From positions 7,517 through 71,516 of the forward strand of contig DASXVG010000134.1 of NCBI GenBank assembly GCA_036504355.1: a DNA stretch of 64,000 nt, in the 5' to 3' direction. A program made the position numbers and the translations under genes. The notes under the pieces were generated by a model. The model did not search any database, was not told the DNA's origin, and saw only the letters and a list, made by a program, of their open reading frames with translations. The stretch is from Candidatus Limnocylindrales bacterium. Lineage in GTDB: Bacteria > Chloroflexota > Limnocylindria > Limnocylindrales > CSP1-4. Positions 43,860 through 54,049 of this stretch are shown here, in pieces. The stretch's first letter is position 1. Each line of letters starts with the position of its first letter.

Positions 43860-45805
43860 CCCGGGCGGGCGGCTCGCTCCGCCCGTCCGAACCCGGAGAG
43901 TGGCTGCTCGCGAACGGCCTCGGCGGGTACGCGCTCGGCCCGCTGGAGGGGCCCGCGACGCGGGGCTATCACGGCTGGCTCGTCGCGGCGACGCGCCCGC
44001 CGGACGGGCGGGTCCTCCTGGTGGCCTCGATCGACGCGAGCGTCGTCGTCGACGGGATCGAGGTTCCGCTCCCTGGCCTCGCGATCGCGCCCGGGGCGGC
44101 GTCCGGGGGCGGCGTGACGATTGGGCTCGAGGCCGCGATGGTCCCCCTCGTCAACGCCACCGTGCTCGCCTACCGGCGGTCCGATGACGGCGCGGCGGGC
44201 GGGGCGATCCTCCGTCTCCGCCCGCTGCTCGCCGGTCGCGACCATCACCCGGGTCACCACGCGCCCGCGCCGGCCTCCGTGACGCTGGACGGGGATGCCT
44301 GGACGGCCACGATCGCCTGGTCCACGGGCGCGCCCCCGCTCACCATCTCGATCGACCGGGGGACGATGACGGCGGATCCCCGCGAGGTCCCGGTGGACCA
44401 TCCCGAGGAGGCGGCGCGCGGGACCGCCCCGGACGAGGTCCTCCACGCGCCGGTCGTCATCGACACGCCGATCGACGCCGGCGAGTCCGTCGTCGTGGTG
44501 CTGGGAACGGCCGCCGGATCCGAGGCCGCGCTGCCCGACCCCGCCGGCGGCCGGGCCATCCTCGCCGCCGCCGCCGTGCATGCAACGGAGGTCGCGGCCG
44601 CCGTCGCAGGCGACGCGCATCGGGCCGTGATCGGCGAGCTCGCGGTTGCCGCCGAGCGGTTCCTCGTGCGCCGCTTCAACGCCCGCACGGGCGCGCCGGG
44701 GACGACCGTCATCGCGGGCTACCCGTGGTTCGGCGACTGGGGACGCGACACGATGATCTCGCTGCCGGGGACGGCGCTGGCGCTCGGGCGTCACCAGGCC
44801 GCGGCCGGGATCCTGCGCACGTGGGCCGCGCTCGTGCGCGATGGCCTGCTGCCGAACCACTTCCCCGACGCCGGCGGCGAGCCCGCGTATCACGCGATCG
44901 ACGCGCCGCTGTGGCTCGTCCACGCGCTCGCGTCGTACGAGCGTGCGGCCCGCGACACGGCCCTCGTCCGCGAGCTCCGCCCGGCAGTGGAGCAGATCCT
45001 GGACGCGTACCGTCAGGGCACGCGGTTCGGGATCGGGAGGGATCCCAGGGACGGGCTGGTCCGAGGCGGCGAGCCGGGCCTCCAGCTCACCTGGATGGAC
45101 GCCAGGGTCGACGGCGTCGTCATCACTCCCCGCCACGGCAAGCCTGTCGAGATCCAGGCGCTCTGGATCGCCGCGCTGAGGGACGGCGCCCGCTGGGCTG
45201 CCGCCGACGGCGACCGCGACGCCGCCGACCGCCACGCGGCCGACGCGGCGATCGCCAGCTCGTCGTTCCGGCGCCGCTTCTTCCGCTCCGACCTGGGCTG
45301 GCTCAACGACGTCGTCGACGGGCCGGACGGCGACGACGGCTCCCTGCGCCCCAACCAGCTGTTCGCGCTGTCCCTGCTACCCGACCTCGTGACGCCGGAC
45401 GAGGCGACGGCGGTCCTCGACGCCGTCGGCCGGCACCTCGTCGTGCCCGGCGGCGTCCGGACGCTGGCGCCGTTCGAGCCCGGCTACCGGCCCTGGTTCC
45501 AGGGGCCGCCCGCGTTCCGCGACTCCGCGTACCACCAGGGTCCCGCGTGGACGTGGCTCCTGGGGGCATGGCTCGATGCGCTGGCGAGGTTCCGGGGGCG
45601 GGATGCCGCACGGGCGGAGCTGGGACGCGCGCTCGACGCGCTGGGGGTTGCGGGCGGGGTGGCCGAGCTGCTCGAACCCGAGCCGCCGCACGCCGCCCGC
45701 GGGTGTCCGTGGCAGGCGTGGGGGGTCGCGGAGCTCCTGCGCTGCGCGATCGCCCTCGCCGATCGCAATGGAGACGCGATTCCCCCGCCGGGAGCCATGC
45801 GCTAG
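43856..45805 (+). CDS. glycogen debranching enzyme-type protein (GDE N-terminal domain plus amylo-alpha-1,6-glucosidase domain)
   Basis: GTG 43856 overlaps the lhgO TGA. Contains WLLANGLGGYA, GYPWFGDWGRDTMISL, LTWMDA and RPNQLFALSL. Confidence 0.8.
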   Translation: MTRAGGSLRPSEPGEWLLANGLGGYALGPLEGPATRGYHGWLVAATRPPDGRVLLVASIDASVVVDGIEVPLPGLAIAPGAASGGGVTIGLEAAMVPLVNATVLAYRRSDDGAAGGAILRLRPLLAGRDHHPGHHAPAPASVTLDGDAWTATIAWSTGAPPLTISIDRGTMTADPREVPVDHPEEAARGTAPDEVLHAPVVIDTPIDAGESVVVVLGTAAGSEAALPDPAGGRAILAAAAVHATEVAAAVAGDAHRAVIGELAVAAERFLVRRFNARTGAPGTTVIAGYPWFGDWGRDTMISLPGTALALGRHQAAAGILRTWAALVRDGLLPNHFPDAGGEPAYHAIDAPLWLVHALASYERAARDTALVRELRPAVEQILDAYRQGTRFGIGRDPRDGLVRGGEPGLQLTWMDARVDGVVITPRHGKPVEIQALWIAALRDGARWAAADGDRDAADRHAADAAIASSSFRRRFFRSDLGWLNDVVDGPDGDDGSLRPNQLFALSLLPDLVTPDEATAVLDAVGRHLVVPGGVRTLAPFEPGYRPWFQGPPAFRDSAYHQGPAWTWLLGAWLDALARFRGRDAARAELGRALDALGVAGGVAELLEPEPPHAARGCPWQAWGVAELLRCAIALADRNGDAIPPPGAMR

Positions 45806-45869
45806 GCTGGCCGGCGAGGCGGCGATCACAGGCGGGCCCAAGCGCCGGTCGGCCGCGGAGGACACACGC

Positions 45870-46256
45870 ATGCTCGGTGAGTTCAAGGGTTTCCTGACGA
45901 AATCGAACGCCCTGGCGCTGGCCATCGGCGTGATCATCGGCGCCTCGCTGGGCGCGGTGGTCAACTCGCTCGTCAACGACATCATCATGCCGCCCATCGG
46001 TTACCTGCTCGGCGGGGTCAACTTCGACGACCTCAAGATCGTGCTCAAGGCCGCCGAGGGCGGCGATCCGACGACCGAGGTCGCGATCCGGATCGGCGCG
46101 TTCATCCTCACGGTGATCACGTTCGTCATCGTGGCGTTCATCGTGTTCTGGATCGGAAAGCTCCTCATCCGCGAGGCCGAGGAGGCTCCCGCGGAGCCGA
46201 GCGACGAGGTCAAGCTGCTGACCGAGATCCGCGACGGGCTCGCGCGCCGGGGCTGA
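45870..46256 (+). CDS. mscL: large-conductance mechanosensitive channel
   Basis: MLGEFKGFLTKSNALALAIGVIIGASLGAVVNSLVNDIIMPPIG. GGAGGA RBS upstream. Confidence 0.9.
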   Translation: MLGEFKGFLTKSNALALAIGVIIGASLGAVVNSLVNDIIMPPIGYLLGGVNFDDLKIVLKAAEGGDPTTEVAIRIGAFILTVITFVIVAFIVFWIGKLLIREAEEAPAEPSDEVKLLTEIRDGLARRG

Positions 46257-46278
46257 CCGCCGGGCAACGCGCTCGAAC

Positions 46279-46315
46279 GAGGAGCCGCCTGACCGGCGCC
46301 GCCGGGCGGCTCCTC
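46279..46315 (+). terminator. stem-loop after mscL
   Basis: GAGGAGCCGCC...GGCGGCTCCTC forms an 11-bp stem. No U tract. Confidence 0.5.
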
Positions 46316-46400
46316 GGGCCGCTGGACCCCGGCCCGCGAAGCGCAGGCGCGAGACGCGTCGGCGCGCGGGACACTCGGGTGGCGGCGTAGCATCCCGGGC

Positions 46401-47153
46401 ATGCGGATCGATCTCAACGCCGACGTCGGCGAGAGCCTCGGAGCCTGGCAGCTGGGCGACGACGAGGCACTGATCCCGCTCGTCTCCTCGGTCAACGTCG
46501 CGGCCGGCCTCCACGCGGGCGACCCCGTGACCATCGCCCGGACCGTCGCCATTGCCGCAGGATGCGGCGTGGCCGTGGGCGCACACCCAGGCTATCCCGA
46601 CCTCGCCGGCTTCGGGCGCCGCGCGATGGCGCTGTCGACAGACGAGATCGAGGCGTCGGTCCTGTACCAGGTCGGGGCCGTCGGCGCGTTCGCACGCGCG
46701 GCCGGGGTGGAGCTGCGTCACGTCAAGGCGCATGGGGCCCTGTACACCCGCGCGGCACGCGACGAGGCCACGGCCGCGGCGATCACGCGCGCGGTCGCGG
46801 CCTACAGCCGGGAGCTGGTGCTCGTCGCGCTGGCCGGCTCGGCGCTGGTGGCGGCGGGTCGCGCCGCCGGACTGACCGTCGCCGAGGAGGCGTTCGCCGA
46901 CCGCGCCTACGAGCCCGACGGCTCGCTCCGGGCGAGGGACCTCGATGGTGCCGTGATCGACGACACCTCGGCCGCCGCGGCCCAGGCCCTCACGATCGTG
47001 CGGGGCGTCGTCACGGCGTGGGGCGGTGCGCAGGTCGCGGTCCGCGCCGACACGGTGTGCGTCCATGGGGACCTTCCCGGGGCCGTCGCCCGGGCCCGCG
47101 CGGTCCGCGCCGCGCTCGAGGGTGCGGGCGTCGAGATCCGGGCACCGGGCTGA
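46401..47153 (+). CDS. pxpA: 5-oxoprolinase subunit A (LamB/YcsF family)
   Basis: MRIDLNADVGESLG, HAGDP, and AHPGYPDLAGFGRR. Confidence 0.85.
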   Translation: MRIDLNADVGESLGAWQLGDDEALIPLVSSVNVAAGLHAGDPVTIARTVAIAAGCGVAVGAHPGYPDLAGFGRRAMALSTDEIEASVLYQVGAVGAFARAAGVELRHVKAHGALYTRAARDEATAAAITRAVAAYSRELVLVALAGSALVAAGRAAGLTVAEEAFADRAYEPDGSLRARDLDGAVIDDTSAAAAQALTIVRGVVTAWGGAQVAVRADTVCVHGDLPGAVARARAVRAALEGAGVEIRAPG

Positions 47154-47160
47154 CCACGTC

Positions 47161-47817
47161 GTGACCGCGGTGCGCGTCGTCGCCTTCGGGGATGCGGCCG
47201 TGCTCGTGGAGCTGGAGCGGACCGGGGTCGTCGCCGACGCGCGTCGGGCCCGTGCGCTCGCCTTCGCCGTGGACGGGCTGCGGGCCCGCGACCCACGGCT
47301 GGGCGTGCCCGTGGCGGCCGCCGCGAGCGTCCTCGTCCCGTTCGACCCGCGCCGGGCCGATGCCGACACCGTGGCGGCGCTGCTCGGCCCGCTCCTCGAG
47401 CAACCGCCGGAGGCCGGCGGCGGGGACCGCATCGAGCTCGTGATCCCGGTGCGCTACGGCGGTGAGGCCGGCCCGGACCTCGAGGCCGTCGGTGCGGAGA
47501 CCGGCCTGGGCACCGCCAGCGTGATCGACCTCCATGCGGGCACCGAATACGAGGTGCTGTTCGCCGGCTTCGCGCCGGGCTTCGCGTACCTCGGCGAGCT
47601 CCCGTCCGCACTTCGCGTGCCCCGCCTCGCCACGCCCAGGGCGCGCGTTCCCGCGGGCTCGGTCGCGATCGCCGGTGCGATGACCGCCGTGTACCCCCAG
47701 GCCTCGCCCGGCGGCTGGCGGCTCATCGGCCGGGCCGAGATCCTCCTGTTCGACCCGTCGTCCCTGCCCCCCGCCCGGCTGCGGCCGGGCGACCACGTCC
47801 GGTTCGTGCCCGCGTGA
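47161..47817 (+). CDS. pxpB: 5-oxoprolinase subunit B (KipI / allophanate hydrolase subunit 1 family)
   Basis: Trimmed to GTG 47161. Contains YEVLFAGFAPGFAYLG and AGSVAIAGAMTAVYP. Confidence 0.8.
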   Translation: MTAVRVVAFGDAAVLVELERTGVVADARRARALAFAVDGLRARDPRLGVPVAAAASVLVPFDPRRADADTVAALLGPLLEQPPEAGGGDRIELVIPVRYGGEAGPDLEAVGAETGLGTASVIDLHAGTEYEVLFAGFAPGFAYLGELPSALRVPRLATPRARVPAGSVAIAGAMTAVYPQASPGGWRLIGRAEILLFDPSSLPPARLRPGDHVRFVPA

Positions 47818-48854
47818 CGCCCGCCAGCCGCCGGAACGGCCCCGTCCTGGAAGTGGTCGACCCGGGGCTGCTCCTGTCCGTCCAGGACGGGGGCCGGCAG
47901 GGTCTCGCGTCGGAGGGTGTGACGCGAGGGGGCGCGGCCGATGCATGGTCGCTCGGGGTCGCGAACGCGCTCCTCGGCAACAGCCTCGACGCCGCGGCGC
48001 TCGAGGCGACGCTCCTCGGCCCGACGGTCCGGGCGCTGGCCACCGGGACCGTGGCGCTCGCCGGGACGATGAGCGGGCGCGTGACACAGACGGGCGAGCG
48101 GATCAGGCCGGGCAGCTCCGTCACGCTCTCGGCGGGCCAGGAGCTCTCGCTCGAGCCGGCGCTGGACGGCGTCCGCGGCTATCTCGCGGTCCCGGGCGGC
48201 CTCGACGTGCCGGTCGTCCTCGGGTCCCGCTCGACCGCGCTTCGCGGAGGCTTCGGCGGCGTCGAGGGCCGGCCGCTTCGCCCCGGTGACCGTGTCGTCG
48301 CAGCGGGCGCGGCGGGCGCGGCGGACGCCGGCCGCGACGCCCTCGTCCTGCCCCGTGCGCACTGGCCCGGCGATGCGTGCCCGGCCCCCGTGACGGCCGC
48401 GGCACCGCTGCGCGTCCTCCCCGGTCCGCACGCCGGGGATCTCGGTGCCGATGCCCTCCCGGCGCTCGTCGGCCGGGCGTGGACGGTCGCCCACGCGAGC
48501 GACCGCGTCGGCCTCCGGCTCGACGGTGAACCCCTTCCCGCCGGCGCCGATGGAGAGCTCCCCTCCCATGGCGTGCTCGCCGGGGTCATCCAGGTGCCGC
48601 CGGACGGGTTCCCGATCGTGCTCCAGGTGGACCACCAGCCGACCGGCGGCTACCCGCTCGTGGCCGTCGTGATCACGGCGGACCTGCCACGGCTCGGCCA
48701 GCTCGGGCCCGGCGCGGCGGTGTGGTTCGAACTCGTCGCGCCGGGAGCCGCGCGCGAGGCCCTCGCCCGGATGGACGCGGAGCTCGCCGGTGCGCTCGCT
48801 CACCTGCGCGAGGCGGCCCGCTGGGACGACCTGTGGCGCGGCGCGGGAGCGTGA
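47814..48854 (+). CDS. pxpC: 5-oxoprolinase subunit C (KipA / allophanate hydrolase subunit 2 family)
   Basis: Contains LLSVQDGGRQG, SDRVGLRL and HQPTGGYP. The start overlaps the pxpB stop. Confidence 0.8.
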   Translation: MTPASRRNGPVLEVVDPGLLLSVQDGGRQGLASEGVTRGGAADAWSLGVANALLGNSLDAAALEATLLGPTVRALATGTVALAGTMSGRVTQTGERIRPGSSVTLSAGQELSLEPALDGVRGYLAVPGGLDVPVVLGSRSTALRGGFGGVEGRPLRPGDRVVAAGAAGAADAGRDALVLPRAHWPGDACPAPVTAAAPLRVLPGPHAGDLGADALPALVGRAWTVAHASDRVGLRLDGEPLPAGADGELPSHGVLAGVIQVPPDGFPIVLQVDHQPTGGYPLVAVVITADLPRLGQLGPGAAVWFELVAPGAAREALARMDAELAGALAHLREAARWDDLWRGAGA

Positions 48855-48994
48855 GGCGCCATTCCAGGGCGGCTGCCACGCGGGGGGCCAGGCCGCACCG
48901 ACCTGGCACCACGCTCCGCCTGCAAGCGCAGCGTCCATAACTGCAACGGGCGTGCCATGGCACGATCGGCCGCCGACGGGCAGACTTCGTCCCG

Positions 48995-51778
48995 ATGACC
49001 TCCTCCGCCTCGTCCGTTCCGTCCCCGCGCGCGCCGCGCCGCCGCAAGGGGATCGGCGCGGCAGCCCGCATGGGCCTCGTGCTGTTCACCGCGCTCCTCG
49101 TCCTCGGCATCGTCGGGGCGGGCGTCGCCGTCGCCGGGTACGCCCAGCTCTCGAAGGGCCTCCCCGACCCGAAGATGCTCGAGCAGATCGTCCTCCCCGA
49201 GCAGTCGGTCATCTGGGACCGCGAGCACAAGGTGGAGCTGGCCCGCTTCGGCGAGTTCAACCGTGACGTCGTCGAGTTCAAGGACATCCCGCCGGTGCTC
49301 GTCGACGCGACCACGGCGATCGAGGACTCGAGCTTCTGGGACAACGCGGGATTCGACCCCGTGGGCATCGTCGCCGCCGGCATCGACGCGATCCGCGGCC
49401 GTCCCCGCGGCGCGTCGACGATCACCCAGCAGCTCGTCCGCCAGCGCCTGCTCACCGAGGACAGCTCGCCGGTCACCGAGCTGTCCGCGAGCCGCAAGGT
49501 CAAGGAGATCATCCAGTCGATCCGGGTGACCCAGGCCTTCTCGGGCCCCGAGGGCAAGCAGCGGATCATGCAGGCCTACCTGAACCAGAACTACTACGGC
49601 AACGAGTCGTACGGGGTCGCCGCGGCAGCCAGGGGCTACTTCGGCAAGGAGCTCAAGGATCTGACGCTCGCCCAGGCCGCGATCATCGCCGCGCTCCCGC
49701 AGTCGCCGTCCACCTACGACCTCGTGCGCAACGCGGAGGAAGAGTGCCTCGTCCCGGGCGATACCGAGGACACGTGCAAGGAGTCGCAGCTCATCGTCCC
49801 CGCAGACGCGAAGGTCGTCCAGCGGCGGAACCAGGTGCTCGACCAGATGGCACGGGGACGGACCCCCCTCACGGGCGACCACTACACGGCGGCCGACTAC
49901 GAGGCGGCGAAGGCCGAGAAGGTGATCCTCGCGCCCCAGACGCCCACCCGGTGGCGCGCCAGCCACTTCGTGTGGCAGGTGCGGCGCGAGCTCACCGACC
50001 GCCTGTGCGAGGGCGCCGAGACGTGCCCGATCCTCGAGCGCGGCGGCCTCGACATCACCACCTCGCTCGACTGGCGCCTCCAGAAGCTGGCCGAGAAGTG
50101 GGTCAAGGCAGCGACGATCCTGCCCCACGCGAAGAGCCCCGCGAACATCGCGAAGTCCCTCGGCGTGACGTACGAGGACTGGATGAAGAACCTGCGCACC
50201 AGGGACCTGCGCAACGGGGCCCTCATCGCCGAGGATTACCAGACGGGCGAGATCGTCGCCTACGTCGGCTCCGCGAACGCGGATGCGACCCGCGCGACGA
50301 AGCAGTTCCAGCCGCGCTTCGACGTCCTCGCCGACGGCTTCCGCCAGCCGGGCTCCGCGTTCAAGCCCATCGTCTACGGCACCGGCATCGCGAACGGGTC
50401 GATCACGGCGGCGTCGATGTTCATGGACGTCGTCACGGACTTCGGGGGTGGCTACACCCCGACCGACGCCGACAACCTCGAGCGCGGACCGGTCCGCGTC
50501 CGCGACGCCCTCCGGTTCTCGCTCAACATCCCGGCCGTCAAGGCGCTCTCGGTCATCGGCAACGACGCCGTGCAGGCGCAGGCGGAGGCCATGGGCGTCC
50601 AGTTCCGCGGCGGACAGACCGACGCCGGCCTGTCCTTCGCGCTCGGCGTCGAGGAGGTGCGGCCACGGGACCTCGTGCGCGCATACGGTGTGCTCGCCGA
50701 CGGCGGCAGGCTCGCGGAGCAGACGACCCTGCTCAGCGTCGTGAACGGCGCGGGCGAGACGCTCGTCGGACCGGAGACGCGGACCCCCGCAGCCGAGGTC
50801 ATGGACCCCGGCGCGGCGGGCATCGTCACCGACATCCTGGCCGGCAACACGGACCCCGGGCAGAACCCGTTCTGGGGCAAGTTCGAGCTCACCCAGGGCG
50901 GCAAGCACCGGCCTGCGACGCTCAAGACCGGCACCAACAACGACGCCCGTGACCTGAACGCATACGGCTACATCGGCGCCCCGTCGAAGGCCGAGCGCGC
51001 GGGCGGCGAGTACGCCCTGGCCGTCGGCGTGTGGAACGGCAACTCGGACAACTCGCTCGTGAGCACGCCGGACCGGCCGCTGTTCTCGATCGACGTCTCG
51101 ACGCACGTGTGGCAGGGGTTCCTCAGCGAAGCCACGAAGGGCTGGAGCATCAACCAGTTCCGCAAGCCAGCCGGGCTCCAGACGGTTGCGGTCGACCCAT
51201 GGACCGGTCTCGTCGCCAAGCCCGGCGGCCGCTCCGTCGACGAGCTGTTCCTCGCCGGCTCGGCGCCCAGCGCGACGGTCCCGCAGGACGCGCAGTGCGG
51301 CGAGGCCGTCCTCGGCGTCGCCGGGTTCGAGAAGGACCACGCCGCGTGGATGCAGGCCGACGGCGACTGGCTCGCGCGAGCCAACCGTGGTGCCGGCGTG
51401 CGCGGTGGGCCGAAGGGCACCCGGACCGCGTACTTCTACAACGGCGTGTTCAACCCGTACGGCCGGTCGTGGGGTCCGCTCCTCGGTGGTGGCTGCGCCT
51501 CGCCGAGCCCGAGCCCGTCGGCGTCGCTCGACCCCTGCGCCTCGGTGGATCCGCTCGCGTCGGTCGATCCGCTCGCGCCGATCGTCTCGTGCCCGCCGCC
51601 GTCCGGATCGCCGTCTGCGCCCCCGAGCGAGACGCCGCCAGCCGCCACGCCCGTGCCGACGGACACCCCGACGCCCACGCCGACGGAACCGCCAACGCCG
51701 ACGCCGACGCCTGCCCCCACGCCGACGCCTGCCCCCACGCCGACGCCTGCCCCGACCGACTCACCGGTTCCGTCGTAG
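48995..51778 (+). CDS. ponA: class A penicillin-binding protein (GT51 transglycosylase plus transpeptidase) with Pro/Thr-rich tail
   Basis: GT51 motif EDSSFWDNAGFD. Transpeptidase motifs SAFKP (SxxK), SLN and KTGT. The C-terminal (TPTPAP)n is encoded by an 18-nt tandem repeat x3 at 51701-51753. Confidence 0.9.
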   Translation: MTSSASSVPSPRAPRRRKGIGAAARMGLVLFTALLVLGIVGAGVAVAGYAQLSKGLPDPKMLEQIVLPEQSVIWDREHKVELARFGEFNRDVVEFKDIPPVLVDATTAIEDSSFWDNAGFDPVGIVAAGIDAIRGRPRGASTITQQLVRQRLLTEDSSPVTELSASRKVKEIIQSIRVTQAFSGPEGKQRIMQAYLNQNYYGNESYGVAAAARGYFGKELKDLTLAQAAIIAALPQSPSTYDLVRNAEEECLVPGDTEDTCKESQLIVPADAKVVQRRNQVLDQMARGRTPLTGDHYTAADYEAAKAEKVILAPQTPTRWRASHFVWQVRRELTDRLCEGAETCPILERGGLDITTSLDWRLQKLAEKWVKAATILPHAKSPANIAKSLGVTYEDWMKNLRTRDLRNGALIAEDYQTGEIVAYVGSANADATRATKQFQPRFDVLADGFRQPGSAFKPIVYGTGIANGSITAASMFMDVVTDFGGGYTPTDADNLERGPVRVRDALRFSLNIPAVKALSVIGNDAVQAQAEAMGVQFRGGQTDAGLSFALGVEEVRPRDLVRAYGVLADGGRLAEQTTLLSVVNGAGETLVGPETRTPAAEVMDPGAAGIVTDILAGNTDPGQNPFWGKFELTQGGKHRPATLKTGTNNDARDLNAYGYIGAPSKAERAGGEYALAVGVWNGNSDNSLVSTPDRPLFSIDVSTHVWQGFLSEATKGWSINQFRKPAGLQTVAVDPWTGLVAKPGGRSVDELFLAGSAPSATVPQDAQCGEAVLGVAGFEKDHAAWMQADGDWLARANRGAGVRGGPKGTRTAYFYNGVFNPYGRSWGPLLGGGCASPSPSPSASLDPCASVDPLASVDPLAPIVSCPPPSGSPSAPPSETPPAATPVPTDTPTPTPTEPPTPTPTPAPTPTPAPTPTPAPTDSPVPS

Positions 51779-51793
51779 CGGGACCCGCTCCGG

Positions 51794-52681
51794 TCAGACC
51801 GGCGCGAACTCCTGGCGCAATCCCGGCACCACCTGCTCAGCGATCCGCCTGAGGCGCTCGACCGGGGCCGAGCCCGGGACGACGCACACGTCCGTGAACC
51901 CGGCCTCGAGATGGCGTCGCACGAACGCCTCGTACGCATCCTCGCTCGCGACCGTCGCCGGCAGGCCCCAGGTGGATCTGCGGATCGTGCCCGGGTCGCG
52001 GCCCTCGCTGCGGACGGCAGCTTCGAACGCGCGCAGGCGCTCCTCGACGGTGGAGGTCACGCCCTCCGTCGCGGCACCCTCGAGCTCCGCGAACGTGTCC
52101 CACTGGTCCGCCCAGCGTGCGGCAAGCCGCAGCATCCGCGGTCGGTGGGCCGCGATCAGCAGCGGGATGTGCGGCGCCTGGACCGGACGCGGCTCGAACA
52201 CGGCGTCGTCCAGCTCGTAGAACCGGCCGCGGTAGGTGAGCCGTGGCTCCTCCTGGAGCCGCACGGCGATCTCGACGGCCTCTGCGAACCGGTCCACGCG
52301 CTCGGGCGGGGGCGGGAGCGGGAGGCCGTACCGGCGGTGCTCGTCCTCCTGCCAGCCGGTCCCGAGCCCGAGGATCAGCCGCCCGCCGCTGATATGGTCC
52401 ACCGTGACCGCCTCCTTGAGCAGGAGCGAGGGATGGCGGAACGTGTTGCTCGTCACGAGCACGCCGAGCCGGATCCGCTTCGTGGAGGCGGCCAGCGCGG
52501 CGAGCAGCGTCCATGCCTCGAGGCAGCCGTGCTCGGGCGGGCCGTCCGTGTCGACGAGGTGGTCCACGAGCCAGGCGGTATCGAAGCCCAGGTCGTCCGC
52601 GGCCTGGAACTCGTCGAGGACCTGGCTCCACGGCTTGTTCGCCTGGCTCATGAACAGGCCGAAGCGGGGGGCGAGCGGCAC
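51794..52681 (-). CDS. LLM-class (F420-dependent type) oxidoreductase
   Basis: 295 aa. Contains DTAWLVDHL and GRLILGLGTGW. Confidence 0.8.
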   Translation of the reverse strand: MPLAPRFGLFMSQANKPWSQVLDEFQAADDLGFDTAWLVDHLVDTDGPPEHGCLEAWTLLAALAASTKRIRLGVLVTSNTFRHPSLLLKEAVTVDHISGGRLILGLGTGWQEDEHRRYGLPLPPPPERVDRFAEAVEIAVRLQEEPRLTYRGRFYELDDAVFEPRPVQAPHIPLLIAAHRPRMLRLAARWADQWDTFAELEGAATEGVTSTVEERLRAFEAAVRSEGRDPGTIRRSTWGLPATVASEDAYEAFVRRHLEAGFTDVCVVPGSAPVERLRRIAEQVVPGLRQEFAPV

Positions 52682-52856
52682 GACGGGTACCTCGGCTGCG
52701 GGCGGTCCCTGATCGTAGTCCGGCGCGGGCGCTCTCAGCGATCTTTCAGGAATCCGCCCTATGATCCGCGCGCCGGGTCGGGGAGGACCGCCCTCGTCGA
52801 GGACGACCAGCCCGGCGGCAGTGTTCGCTCATCGGTATCCCTGTCGGAGTGTGCGC

Positions 52857-54044
52857 ATGTCGCTTCGCGCTTCCGGCAACCCGGGCCTCCGCCGTGTGGC
52901 GTCCCGCGTTGCCCTCGTCGTCGGTCTCCTTGCGTCCGTCGCGGGGCCGCTCGCGCCGTCGGCCGCGGCCGCCGGCGGGGTCAGCATCACGACGCCCTTC
53001 CCCGCCGTCGTCGCGGAGCCGGGCTCGACGGCGTCGTTCAAGCTCGCGATCGACGTCGCGAGCTCCCGCCAGGTGGGGCTCAGGACCGACGGCCTTCCGA
53101 GCGGCTGGACCGCCCGCTTCCGGGGCGGCGGCCTCACGATCGACGGCGCGTACGTCACGGCGGGCTCGACACCCGACGTCACCCTCGACGTCGAGATCCC
53201 GGAGGGCACCGCGGCCGGCACGACGAACCTGCGCGTCACGGCAGCCGGGGGCGGCGGCACGGACACCCTCGCCCTCACCGTGCGCGTGGCGGATGCCGCG
53301 GCCGGGGACGTGACGATGACCTCGGACTTTCCCGAGCTCAAGGGGACGACCGACACGAGCTTCACGTTCAGCGTCACCCTCAAGAACGACACCGCGAGCG
53401 AGACGACGTTCAACATGTCGGTCACCGGGCCGGAGGGCTGGACGGTCGACGCCAAGCCGTCCGGGCAGGCCCAGGCGACGACGATCACGGTCAAGCCGGG
53501 CAGCACCGGCACCATCACCGTGACGGCCAAGGCGAGCGCTGACACGCAAGCCGGGACCTATCCGATCACGCTCACCACCAGCGGCGGTGGCAAGGACGCG
53601 AGCATCGACCTCGCCGCGACCATCACCGGCACCTACACGCTGACGCTGACCACGCCCAACAACGTCCTGTCCACCACCGCCAACGCCGGCAGCGAGAGCA
53701 GCCTCGCCCTCGCCCTGGGCAACAGCGGCTCCGCTCCGGTCACGGGCGTGGCGCTCAGCGCGAGCGCACCGACCGACTGGAAGGTCGAGTTCTCGCCGGC
53801 CACGCTCGACGCCGTGCCGCCCGGAGACCCCACCCCGGTCACGGCGAAGATCACGCCCTCGTCCAACGCGATCGCGGGCGACTACGAGATCACGCTCACC
53901 GCGAAGGGCGCCGAGGCCACGGACGACGTCGTGATCCGGGTCCGCGTCGAGACGCCGCAGCTGTGGTGGATCGTCGGCGTGGCGCTCATCGTCGCCGTGT
54001 TCGCGGGCCTGTACTGGGTCTTCCGGACCTACGGGCGGCGGTAG
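52857..54044 (+). CDS. NEW3-domain (COG1470-like) secreted protein with C-terminal TM anchor
   Basis: Trimmed to MSLRASGNPGLRRVASRVALVVGLLASVAG. Repeated Ig-like modules (...GSTASFKLAI..., ...GTYPITLT..., ...GDYEITLT...). C-terminal TM WWIVGVALIVAVFAGLYWVF. Confidence 0.75.
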   Translation: MSLRASGNPGLRRVASRVALVVGLLASVAGPLAPSAAAAGGVSITTPFPAVVAEPGSTASFKLAIDVASSRQVGLRTDGLPSGWTARFRGGGLTIDGAYVTAGSTPDVTLDVEIPEGTAAGTTNLRVTAAGGGGTDTLALTVRVADAAAGDVTMTSDFPELKGTTDTSFTFSVTLKNDTASETTFNMSVTGPEGWTVDAKPSGQAQATTITVKPGSTGTITVTAKASADTQAGTYPITLTTSGGGKDASIDLAATITGTYTLTLTTPNNVLSTTANAGSESSLALALGNSGSAPVTGVALSASAPTDWKVEFSPATLDAVPPGDPTPVTAKITPSSNAIAGDYEITLTAKGAEATDDVVIRVRVETPQLWWIVGVALIVAVFAGLYWVFRTYGRR

Positions 54045-54049
54045 CCGAG

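Noticed and set aside
51701-51753. Tandem 18-nt repeats (ACGCCGACGCCTGCCCCC x3) as a CRISPR-like or VNTR element. The other short tandem repeats at 4833-4866 and 23672-23703 raised the same question.
   Set aside because: The 51701-53 repeat lies in frame inside the PBP gene and encodes a (TPTPAP)n linker. None of the repeats has the repeat-spacer architecture or length of a CRISPR array, and there are no cas genes.
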